Positions 36,701 through 46,588 of a stretch of DNA of 64,000 bases are shown here, in pieces. The DNA lies in NCBI RefSeq assembly GCF_021028975.2, contig NC_059437.1, positions 58,094,001 to 58,158,000 of the forward strand, written 5' to 3'. Below the pieces are notes generated by a model that was given only the letters and a program-made list of their open reading frames with translations, made no database searches and was not told the DNA's origin. Every line of letters starts with the position of its first letter. Position 1 is the stretch's first letter. The stretch comes from Sphaerodactylus townsendi (Eukaryota). A program made the translations under genes and the position numbers.

Positions 36701-39700
36701 CATTTGGCTTCACTAGTTGGCACCACACTTGCCCACTGGCATCCTCTCACCGTCCCACTGGCAGCCCTGGCTGCCTTAAGGATGTGTTGCTCATGCAAGG
36801 CTCCTGCCGGAGCTGCTGCCTCCCGAGGCACCCGCCACACTCTGTGCTTCTGATTCCTCCCCACAGATTTATTTTTATGCAAGCTACATTTTCACAGAAG
36901 CTGGAATCCCCGCAGCCAAGATCCCCTACGTGACGCTGGGGACAGGGGTGTGTGAGTGCCTCACCGCCCTCACCTGCGTAAGTGGCACCCATTCCGATTT
37001 GGCTTTTCTGAGGGAGAAAAGAACAGTTTGGGTGCTGAGACCAAAAGGTGTTTCCTCCCTGCAGGGTCTGCTGATCGAGTCTGTGGGGAGGAGGCGCCTC
37101 ATCCTGGGTGGCTACTCCCTGATGACTGTTTGGTGTGTAGTCTTGACCTGCTCCCTGACGTACCAGGTAGGCTGATGAACACTCTGCCACAGAAAAAGGT
37201 GTGGAACCTCCTCCCACCTCGCCCTACGGAGGGTTTTCCCCTTGCTGAGGGTTGTCTTAATGATCATCTGCATACCCACAGTCTGTGAGGCTGCGAGAGG
37301 ATGGGAAGACACATGGCTGTCATGCCAGGAACAGCTGGACAGACTCTGAGTCTTGCGGGTCATGTCATGGATAGCAAAATGCAGCTTGTACTGGGAGGGG
37401 GAGGCCGCGGCGAACAGGAGAACTTCAGTCTGGCTCAGCTTCCTGGGAGTCTCTTGCTGGTGCCCTTGCTCAGTGCTGGGGTGGGTGATGCTGGAGGTAC
37501 TCACATGTATGTGTTCCTCTTCCAGGCGAACACCTGGGCACCATATCTGAGCATGGCTTCGATCTTCGCTTTCATCCTGAGCTTTGGCCTTGGACCAGGT
37601 ACCTCTTTCCTGTGTTTGGCTTTGGGATGGCCTTTTGCTGCCACCCAGCTGAGTATCTTCAAGGCCCCGGCTGGTATTTCCCATCCTTCTACAAAGCACT
37701 CACCAGTTTACTAAAAAAGTTCCTAGCAATGAACACAAAGAAGGACTGTGGGGACAGAACTCCTGTGCCTCCCTGCCCCCCGCCCCCCCCCCCCCGATCT
37801 AGACTGAGGGCACAGGGTAGCAAAATGCCCAAGCACAAGCCAAGCTCTACAGGTCGTGGCAACGTGGCCAGCAGCAGCAGTGGCCACTTAACTCTCTTAT
37901 TGTTTGAAAAAGTCATATCTCTCTTCATCTTCTTAGCCTCAAGGTGGCCAAGAACACAAGAACAAGTGGCAAGGAGAGAAAAACAACATATTTTAAAACT
38001 GCCAAAAGAAGAAATGTGTCTTGATTTGCTTTCTGTAGGCACTTACTTGTTTCCTGCTGGGATGTGTCATTATCAGCCACACCGGGCAGAGGGGAACAAT
38101 TTCCAGCTGTCCTCCCCCACCCCGCCCCCCACATCCAGCTCTGCGTTAGCTGAACAGGCGAGACTATATTGGGTGCCCTTTTCTATTATCATTTCACCGA
38201 AGTCCTAAATAGAAAAAGCTGTTCATTATTTTGTTTTAGAGTCAAAACAGGCTGCAAGTAGCCTTTCGTGCCTAACACCAGTTCCCACGAACCTCCTCCC
38301 AGACCCCACAGAGACAGACGAGCAACTCGCATTTGCAAGCAGTTTTCGTTTGTGCTTCTTGAAACAGCTCCAGGAAAACTGATGTCTGATGTTCTTGCTG
38401 TAACTAGGTGGGGTGACAAATATCCTGACGGCCGAGCTGTTCACTCAGTCTTCACGCCCTGCGGCTTACATGATAGCAGGATCCATGAGCTGGCTCAGCT
38501 TCTTCACCATTGGGATGCTCTTCCCTTTCATAGTGGTACGTAGACCCCAGTGCCCTCCGTCCGTCCGTCCGTCCGTCCGTCCGTCCGTCTTCTGCCAAAG
38601 TCACAGCCTGCTTGTTCAGCATCACTGGCTCTCAGCAAGTTCTTTCTTTCAGCCCAGCCCCCTTCCAAACCGACAAAATACACAAAGGTACACAAAGGGA
38701 AGCTGCCCGAGCAACCCACGGCAGTCGCCAATGGCAGCAAACGTCCTACCCAGATGAGGCATTCTTCACAATGGCAGGGTAGGGCCCGTGCTGGTGCGTC
38801 TTTGTGAAATAAGACAAAAGTCCAGAGCAGGGCCATCTTCCTTTCACATACCTGCAGAACTGGGTTGTGGTTAGTCTTGAAGGTGCCCTGGGCCTTTTGC
38901 TTAAGGAGTTCTTTGCGCACCCTCCATCCCCTTTTCAGTGAGACGTGGTTAGAGGCCCCAAGTCAAACCCTATGAAGCACAGAGCTCAAGTTGCTGATCA
39001 AGGCAAAGGTTAAGTTTGGCCAGTTTCTTTCTGCGCTACTTCGTTTAGAAGCCACCTTCCTTTTCCAGGAGGCATTTGGCAAGTATAGTCACAAGAACAG
39101 CTGCTGAATCCAGACGTTCATCTGCATGAGGTTTTCTGACACTTTAACAACCTTCAGTAAATCAGTCTCTTGCATTCACATGCACCCTGCCTGGGCACAC
39201 CAATACAACTAATTAGCATACCTAGAAAAATGGGTCCAAGGTAGTAAACAAGGGAGAACCCATCTGAGAGTGAAGCCACCGAGCCGTGAAAAGAGCCGGG
39301 GTCCAGAGGAGCATCCATCAGAAGTGGGGCACAGGGCAAGCACTATGGCTCATCCTGCCCCCACCTCCATGTGGGGTTCAGGGACAGGCCCCCTGCTCAG
39401 TGCTGGCTCTGCCAGGCCCAGCTTGAAACTGCAGGCTTCCAGCCTGTGTCAAGCCTGGCTGAGCTCTATACTCAGGCTTGAAGCCTGCCATTTAAAGCTG
39501 GGCCAGGCTGAGCCTAACCTCGAACAGGCATGCGCTGCCCCTCATTCCTCATGGAGTTCAGGGATGGAGCTTGCACACCTTGAGGAGGGGCTAGGGCATG
39601 TGCCCTCTCTTGCCCCACCATAAATACCCCTCTGCCAGGGCCTACCCCACCCACTTTGTCTTGGAACACAGGGCGAGTCAGAAAGATCGGCTGAGCTCCA

Positions 39701-40370
39701 ATCTCACTATGCATGCCCATCAGAGCATTCAAAAGGCCGGCCTGCCAGCACTGCAAGAGGCACCCGCGGTCTCTGCAGCTTGTCTGGAGTGGCTCCTTCT
39801 GAGGGGGGGAAGCCTGCCGATAAAGCCAGGTGGGACCAATAGTACCTGACACAGCTGGACCTGGAAGGTCTCCGTTGCTGGCTCTGAGATGCCCCTGGCC
39901 TCCCGTTGTGTTCAACTGGAGAGTGTGCTGACCTTCTCAGGGGCCTCCATTTGGGAAATGTGTGGGGTATAAAATAAATTGTAATGTAAAGAGTGGTGCA
40001 AGTAAATACGCATGACAAGACAAGACAGCTGGCATTTTCCTCATCCAGTGTACTTGGGTGGGGAAGCCTTTGATCGACACGGGAAGCCCTCTCTGTGCCA
40101 GAAAATGCAAGATACTCAGTTGCACTTAGTGAAGATTCATTCCAAATTAATACCTTTTCTCAAATTTTCAATTTTGTTTTCCAGAAAGGTCTCAAACAGT
40201 ACTGCTTTGTCGTGTTTTTGGTGGAATGCTGCCTGGTTGCCATTTTCATCTACTTTGTTATTCCTGAGACAAAGAATAAAACCTTTCTGGAAATTAAGAG
40301 AGAATTTCACAAGCACAACTTTGGCAGAAGACACCCAGAGCACAATGGAGCACAGCAGCTTCTGCCATGA
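23915..40370 (+). CDS. Class II facilitative hexose transporter, SLC2A11 (GLUT11)-like paralog, 498 aa; join(23915..23959,25639..25737,26820..26980,27941..28065,29271..29400,35264..35412,35941..36128,36867..36977,37065..37166,37526..37598,38408..38535,40185..40370)
   Basis: All 11 introns GT-AG and phase-compatible; 1497 nt with no internal stop. GLUT signatures: [61 protein letters not shown] (no Trp, class II), [15 protein letters not shown]. Exact orthologue within class II not resolvable without a tree. Confidence 0.92.
24714..24764 (+). repeat. (CACG)n(CA)n microsatellite
   Basis: Direct reading. Confidence 0.95.
25639..25737 (+). CDS. SLC2A11-like exon 2 (TM1)
   Basis: [33 protein letters not shown]; CTGCAG| and |GTAAGC. 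Confidence 0.93.
26820..26980 (+). CDS. SLC2A11-like exon 3
   Basis: [10 protein letters not shown]...[16 protein letters not shown]...LG; 161 nt; TTTCAG| and |GTGAGT. Confidence 0.93.
27342..27636 (-). mobile_element. tRNA-derived SINE (Squam3-like)
   Basis: A box TGGCGTAGGAGG and B box GGTTTGATTCC on the minus strand; (CTT)n tail; near-identical copy at 53495-53797. Confidence 0.82.
27941..28065 (+). CDS. SLC2A11-like exon 4
   Basis: [15 protein letters not shown]...[14 protein letters not shown]; 125 nt. Confidence 0.93.
29271..29400 (+). CDS. SLC2A11-like exon 5
   Basis: [25 protein letters not shown]...GQIIGL; 130 nt. Confidence 0.93.
29800..30760 (+). mobile_element. Degenerate CR1 LINE fragment
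   Basis: KFADDT-encoding [31 protein letters not shown]1-type 3' region. Confidence 0.78.
31500..31870 (-). mobile_element. CR1 fragment (ORF1 esterase-like region)
   Basis: [12 protein letters not shown]...PGAKI...LLVHMGTRD, followed by [16 protein letters not shown]. Confidence 0.65.
33439..33775. mobile_element. Non-autonomous hAT-type MITE inserted in a SINE
   Basis: Imperfect TIRs CAGAGGCGTAGC / GCTTCGCCACTG; 8-bp TSD GGGAAGGG at 33431-33438 and 33776-33783. Confidence 0.8.
33993..34033 (-). ncRNA. Minimal type I hammerhead ribozyme (Penelope-associated), intact core
   Basis: CCU-CUGAAGA-U-GCC(AGCCACAGAUGCA)GGC-GAAA-CG-UC-AGG. Confidence 0.75.
34278..34904. mobile_element. Non-autonomous hAT (Charlie-like) MITE
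   Basis: TIRs CAGGGGTCCCCAAACT / AGTTTGGGGACCCCTG; 8-bp TSD GCCTAGAG at 34270-34277 and 34905-34912. Confidence 0.92.
35264..35412 (+). CDS. SLC2A11-like exon 6
   Basis: [13 protein letters not shown]...[18 protein letters not shown]; 149 nt. Confidence 0.93.
35941..36128 (+). CDS. SLC2A11-like exon 7
   Basis: LKCFHG...EMEDIQQE...RWQLITV...GQQLSGINA; 188 nt. Confidence 0.93.
36867..36977 (+). CDS. SLC2A11-like exon 8
   Basis: [37 protein letters not shown]; 111 nt. Confidence 0.93.
37065..37166 (+). CDS. SLC2A11-like exon 9
   Basis: [17 protein letters not shown]...LTYQ; 102 nt. Confidence 0.93.
37526..37598 (+). CDS. SLC2A11-like exon 10
   Basis: [24 protein letters not shown]; 73 nt. 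Confidence 0.92.
38408..38535 (+). CDS. SLC2A11-like exon 11
   Basis: [24 protein letters not shown]...GMLFPFIV; 128 nt. Confidence 0.93.
38556..38588 (+). repeat. (CCGT)n microsatellite
   Basis: Direct reading, about 20 nt into SLC2A11-like intron 11. Confidence 0.9.
40185..40370 (+). CDS. SLC2A11-like exon 12 (last coding)
   Basis: KGLKQYCF...[12 protein letters not shown]...QQLLP then TGA. Confidence 0.93.
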   Translation, partial: KGLKQYCFVVFLVECCLVAIFIYFVIPETKNKTFLEIKREFHKHNFGRRHPEHNGAQQLLP

Positions 40371-40516
40371 GCTCTACGGGCGAGGCCGGCCAGCCAGCGG
40401 AGCCCTCCGAGTCGAGTCTGCTGGCATCGTGATGACCTGCGTGGAACTCTGCTGCCAGCGTTTGTATGCTTGGATTTCCTCAGTACTCAGTTGTAGTCTA
40501 CACTAGGTCTCAGTTA

Positions 40517-40522
40517 AATAAA
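40517..40522 (+). terminator. Candidate polyadenylation signal of the SLC2A11-like gene
   Basis: AATAAA about 150 nt after the stop codon. Confidence 0.55.
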
Positions 40523-41531
40523 AACCCACTCTTCCTAAACGTAGCTGTGGTCCTCCTGTCAAGAGAGCAGTTCTTTCTGAGCCACAGGCAAGGGGCAGGC
40601 CCCAATTCTTGACGCAGCTGAGCCAGCAGCAGATGAGGAGGGCAAAGGTGAAGTTGCCAGCTCAGCAGAGACAAGAGTGGATTTCAGGGGTTCTGGGAAG
40701 ATCCACATTCTGTGCTAAGAACTGATTTAAATTTTGAACATGTGCATAAAGAGATGGGGCAGTTTGAGTCAACAGCTGGTCTAGACAAGGAAGGAAACAG
40801 CAACAAAATTCTTCAGTGGGAACAGGGCTTACTATCTCTGGAACTAACACTCTTATTGCTGCTGGTCTGGATATGTGAACATTCTGCTTGATCTGTTAGT
40901 GATAAAAGTCTAGCTGATCTGATCCAGTTTGGGTTCCAGTTTAGATCTGGTGCTGGGGATGTGGGTGGAAACCACTTCCTGAAATTCTGCTGGCAGCTTC
41001 GATGTGGACAGTGTTTGTGCTGGTGGAGGCCACTTTTTGAAACTTGGATTCTTGGCTATTCAGCTATGAAAATCTTATCAGGCGGGAGTGGCATGGGAAC
41101 CATTAACTTGACCTCCTGCAAGATGTGCTTCCTCCACAGCTGAATGAAGGCCCAATTAGTAAGAAATCATCCTTGAATAAAGAGGGATAGAGGCAATAGT
41201 CAGCCTGTTCCTAACCTCCTTGTCCCGGTTGCAGCAGAGCGCCTGCAGGCACCTTGGCCTGGAACAGCAGCCCCCAACACCGTTCCTTTGGGCTTCAGAC
41301 CTGCCCTCTGGACAGAAGCAGCATTATGGGCCTCAGTTGATGATCTCTGGTTACAACCGGATTAGGGCAATTTCTATATCTGGAAAAGTTATATGCCAGT
41401 GATGGCGAACCTTTTTGAGACCGAGTGCCCAAATTGCAACCCAAACCCCATTTATTTATTGCAAAGTGCCAACCCGGCAATTTAACCTGAATGATGAGGC
41501 TTTAGTTTAGAAAAAAAACGGTTGGCTCCCT

Positions 41532-41830
41532 TGGGTGCTGTGTGGTTTCCGGGCTGTTTGGCCGTGTTCTAGCAGCATTCTCTCCTGACGTTTCGCCTGC
41601 ATCTGTGGCTGGCATCTTCAGAGGATCTGATAGTAGGAATGGAAAGCAAGTGGAGTATATATATCTGTTGGAGTGTCCAGGGTGGGTGAACAAACATTGT
41701 CTGTGAGTAACAAAGAAGGCAACCAGGTCAATAGTTGAGGGTCAGGAGAGAATGCTGCTAGAACACGGCCATGCAGCCCGGAAACCACAAAGAACCCAAG
41801 TGATTCCGGCCGTGAAAGCCTTCGACAATA
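41532..41830 (-). mobile_element. Short Penelope-like element with inverted terminal segments, nested in a hAT MITE
   Basis: Same terminal repeat in both orientations; 12-bp direct repeat GGTTGGCTCCCT at 41520-41531 and 41831-41842. Confidence 0.8.
41584..41624 (-). ncRNA. Minimal type I hammerhead ribozyme (Penelope-associated), intact core
   Basis: Identical 41-nt motif to 33993-34033. Confidence 0.75.
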
Positions 41831-42239
41831 GGTTGGCTCCCTCTTCCTACGCCCCACCCGCTCGAGCAGGGGCCAGCCTGCTCTAGCCTGCAGCAAGTCC
41901 CGCACACGCTATTCTGCGCCTCTCTAGCATCTCTGCCTCCTCTGCCCCCCCCCCCGCCCCGGGCAGCAGCCACCTGGAGCACAGGCACCAGGCCCGCCAG
42001 CCGAGTCCTCCCTGCTCACCGCAGTGCACGCACGTCATGCTCAGTGGCCCAGCCCAGCCCAGATGTGTGTGAGTGGGGGTGATTTTCTGCCCCCCACATG
42101 ATGAACTCTGTGTGGGCGTGCCCACAGAGAGGGCTCCGAGTGCCACCTCTGGCACCCGTGTCATAGGTTCGCCATCACTGTTATATGCCATCTCTCTGGA
42201 GTCCCATTCGAGGAGGCCTACAAGTGAAAACATAAAAAC

Positions 42240-42960
42240 ATAGAGCTGGAAGAGATCATAAGGGCCATCCAGACCAACTCCATGCCATGCAGGAATGCAC
42301 AATCAAAGCACCCCCGACAGATGATCATCCAGCCTCTGTATAAAAACCTACAAAGGAGATTCCACCACCTTCTAAGGCAGTGAATTCCACTGTTGAACAG
42401 CCCTGACTGTCAGGAAGTTCTTCCTAATATTTAGGTGGATTCTCTTTTCCTGAACCTTGAATCCATTACTCCTTGTCCTAGTCTCTGAGGCAGCAGAAAA
42501 CAAACTTTCTCCCTCTTCAACATGACATCCCTTCAAGAATTGAAACATGGCTATCATGTCACCCCTTAACCTTCTCTTTCCCAGACTAAACCTACCCAGC
42601 TACCTAATTCTCTCCTCATAGGGAATGGATTCCAGACTGTTTACCAATTTGGTCACCCTCAGGAAATGCCTTAACTTGTCAATATCCTTGAATTGCTGCA
42701 ACCAGGACACAGTATTCCAGGGGAGATCTGACCAACACAAAATAGAGTGGTACTATCACTTTGCTTGATCTAGACACTACACTTCTATTGATGCAGCCCG
42801 GAATAATATTGGCCTTCTTGGCTGCCACATCACCCTGGAGACTCATGTTCAGCCTGTGGTCTACCAAGACTCTCAGATCCTTCCACATGTACTGTTGTTA
42901 AACTAGGTGTCCCCCATCCTATATCTGTGTATTTCATTTTTTGTGCCTAAGTGTAGTAAC
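42240..42960 (-). mobile_element. CR1 LINE 3' fragment
   Basis: KDLRVLVDHRLNMS...LVRSPLEYC; TRTRSNGFK...NIRKNFLTVRAV. Confidence 0.85.
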
Positions 42961-43499
42961 TAACATTTCTCATGTATAGTCCTCCATGTACAGAAGTCTA
43001 AAAAGAAGCATTTTACAAAACCTTTTCAAGTGATATCTTGCTCCAGAGGCAAAATAAAATATGAATTTTGAATGCTGGAAACATTTTGCCCATTATGCAG
43101 ATTTTTGGTGTCTTGCCTGAACATTCCCAGTATTTGTTACCAACTCTAACAATTATATACACAATCTAGGTGGTGGGGAGGGGATTAGGCTGCCCCCTAG
43201 CCCTAGGGTGGGGCGTGCTGCATGCCCAAGTCAGTATTAACCTGTTAACCACAAGTCTTTCGTGAGCTTAAAACACTGTCCAGGTAAAACTATTATTAGG
43301 AACTTTCTGTATCCTTGATCCAGAGATGGCTTAGTAAGACCATGGACGTTACACTCACAGATAAACTATCCGAAAAGGTTCGTTTGGTGTAGGAGTGCTC
43401 TCCTCAATTACTTTTCAAGAAAAGCAAGAATAATGCTTTGATTATTAGAATGAGTATCCAAAGTGTTTAATCTTGCTAGTAGAAATACTAGCAAGGATT

Positions 43500-44000
43500 G
43501 TTTTTGAAGGTCGTTGTTGTTTGTTGGAAGCCATTCTTTCAAGTAAATCTAGTTTGCAACCTGACCCTTTATGAAGAACCTGCTGATCTTGGTACACTGA
43601 CTCATAATGCTGCCATAATTCCTAGACAGGACTACTGCAACACATTCTGTGAACGGCTGTTTCTGAAGATGTCAAGGCACTTCCAAAGAGTACAAAATGC
43701 AGCAGCAAAACTACCTGTCCTTGGTCAGCTGACTGGAACATGAAATTGCAGTGCTCTGTCAATTGCTCCAGTTACCTATCTGCTCTCAGCAAAGTGCTGA
43801 TCACTGTTACCTTTAAAGCTGTCAGCTGGCCAGGGCCTTCGCACTTACCAAGCAACATCTCCTGATATGCTCCTATATGCTAGTGTCATTCTTCTGACCA
43901 CTTTTCCCTCGTGGGGTTCTTGTTTAGGACTGTGCTCAACAGCAGGCAGCTCACAGACATTGTTTACGTCATGACCACCCTTTTTGAATGACTAATCAGA
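43500..44000 (+). mobile_element. L2 LINE fragment
   Basis: RQDYCN...QRVQNAAAKL. Confidence 0.65.
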
Positions 44001-44559
44001 AGAGGTGTGGAGGGTGCTTTTGCCTCAAAAGAGGCAAAACAGCTTTGTTTCAGGGGGCATCTGTTGGAGGATAAAGTGTTATTGCAGATCTGGCTGTACT
44101 ATTTTCACCTTGTATGTTGTTGTTCTCTTGCTGTTTGATAATGCTTTATGCACCTACAACACTGGCACTTTGTTAGCTTCCTTGAGTCTCAGAAGTAAAG
44201 GCAGAATACAAATGGGTCAAGCTAAATCAATCCAGACTCCTTCCCCAATCAGCTTGAAGACTTAACTGGTGTCAGCATCAGAGAAACACTAGCAGTGCCC
44301 GTGGCAGGGCAGATAAACTACCCACAGACACAGTCCCTCAGACCTCAACTGGCCGGATGTGCGTCCACATACACAGAGAGCCCCTGCACTTGGGCCACGG
44401 TCAGCATCAAAGTCACACTCTTGACTGTATCCAGAATTAATACATTTCCTAACCCACTCGATCTGACTTCCCTGGATCGGCTGCAGACCGCGATTAGGAT
44501 GACCTGCGGCTGCACTTTGCAAGTCGTCCTGAAGAGCCAGCCATCGACCTTTGTAACTG

Positions 44560-44990
44560 GCCTTGTAGAACACAAACCCATTTTGCCTGGAAAGGATTAC
44601 AAGATGGGGGCCAGATTTCAAAAACAATATTGCAGAGGTGGATAAAATGCAGCGGAGGGCAGCCAAGATTATTAGCAAGCTGGAGAACTTTCCCATGAGG
44701 AAATGTTGAAGAGTCTGGGACTTTTCATTCTCAAAAAAGACAGCTAACGGGAGACATGATAGATGCTTATAAAATTATTGATGGGGCAAGGAAAGTGGAT
44801 GAAGAGATTTTTTCTTCATCTCCCATTGAACCAGAATTCAGGGGCATCCTGTGAAAATGATGGCCAATAGAAGCAGGATAGATAAAAGGAAATGCTTCCT
44901 TTCTCAATGAGTAATTATGTTATGGAATTCGCTGCCAGATAGTGATGGCAATGAAATGGCTTTTAAAGGGAGATATCTAGATCCATGAAG
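44560..44990 (+). mobile_element. Degenerate CR1 3' fragment
   Basis: KMQRRAAKI- and GDMIDAYKI-type CR1 C-terminal remnants. Confidence 0.65.
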
Positions 44991-46496
44991 CATAGGCAAG
45001 AACGGAGCGAGGGAACTGTGCCCGGGGAACGCATGCGCCCGGCACACCTGCCACACCCCCATCCCACAACACGTTCATCACGCTCCTGCAGAAGTGCGCA
45101 CCTGGTGCGTTGCCCCCCTCCCCCCCAGCACGCTACACCACTGAGCATTGGTCCCTCAGTGGTGACTTGTCACAATAAGTAAACACAGCCTTCATACACA
45201 AATGCAATAAAGCTCTGAACCTCAGGGCTGCTCTGTGTCCTGTTCCCCCCCTCACCCCCCCGCCCCCCGGCCAACTGGATGGCCTCTTAATGCAGGAGGC
45301 TGAACTAGATGGCTGACATGTCTGGCCCAGCAGGACTCATGTTCTAATGCGATTTAGTAGTGATTTCTATACAAACCCCAGCCTTGTTGTCCCTCACCCG
45401 AATGAAACAAATGACTATTTAGAGGGCATTCACCATCTATTTTAATCACCTGTCTTTTATACACTTAACCTGAGACAAATCCAGTTGGCTACATTATTTT
45501 GATTTCTACCAGCCTCATCTCAAGGGTTCAAAAATACACTGCTTCCCAAGGCCAGTCAGAACGCTGCCCACCTGGTCCCCAGCTTCAGCAGAAACCCCAC
45601 AACAGTACAATGATCAGACCAGGTCACTACAGCCAATGCACAACATGTCAAATACTGGCAGTTTTGCCTCGCATGTGGAGGCAGGATCTGTGCTGATTAA
45701 GAATGGAAAAGCGATCCTCCCACAAGACTATGAACAGCCATTCAAAACAATCTTTTCAAGGGAAATATCCAACAGATGCCAATTTCAAAAAGGGGGTGGG
45801 GGTCAAGAGACCAACTTAGAGCCAATCAGCCCAACTTGTGACCCTCCAAGGTGAACTGGGAGAGCGTTCTTAGAAAGAGAGATTAGAGGCACACAAAGCA
45901 GAACCAAGGCGCCACAGCAGCCACCAGCAGCCCCTCCAAAATCAAAGGCCACTGCTGGTCGAGCAGATGAATCTGGCTAACAAGGTGTCCCCTACAAGCA
46001 CTGCATAGGGAGCTTGCTGGTAAATTATTATGCTCCAATATTCAAACTATTAGACAGGTTTTAAATGCTCTCCCCAGACTCCTGAGTAAACCTGGCAGTC
46101 GTAAGGAAAGAGCACTGCAGGGCAAGGGGGCAGGCCACTGCCCCTGGCTGGGGAGGCTTTCAAGCGGTCATCCACGGCAGCACAAGCAAAGAGGACTCTT
46201 GCAGCAGCTGAGAGTCGTTCTGCTGCCTCTGCTATAGGTCCCTGTTCTTTTCGGCCTGCCCATGGCTATCAGTGGCAGTGCCCCCTGGAGCCTCCAGTTC
46301 CAAGACACCTGCTGGGGTGGCTGTGGAAAGAAGCAAGGATGTCTTGCATGGGGGCAGGATGCTGAACTCGTGGTCTCATCCAGCAGGGCTCTTTGTATTT
46401 TCCAAGGAGCAGAAAAACCGAGAGCTGCACACAACGGTTCAGTTACCAGGGAACCGTCATCATGATAAAAATCCCTTCCTGATTAATAATGTGATG

Positions 46497-46588
46497 TTAG
46501 GAAGGGATCTTTTTACTTTTCACCTTTTCTTCCAGGTTGGCAAAATATTTCATTTTGGCCAGGACTCTTTTTGCTTTCTGAAGATCGT
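46497..46588 (-). CDS. HSCB: HSCB exon 6 (last coding)
   Basis: [29 protein letters not shown] then TAA. Confidence 0.94.

Larger units (their letters stand above)
41397..42180. mobile_element. Non-autonomous hAT (Charlie-like) MITE
   Basis: TIRs CAGTGATGGCGAACCT / AGGTTCGCCATCACTG; 8-bp TSD TTATATGC at 41389-41396 and 42181-42188. Confidence 0.92.
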
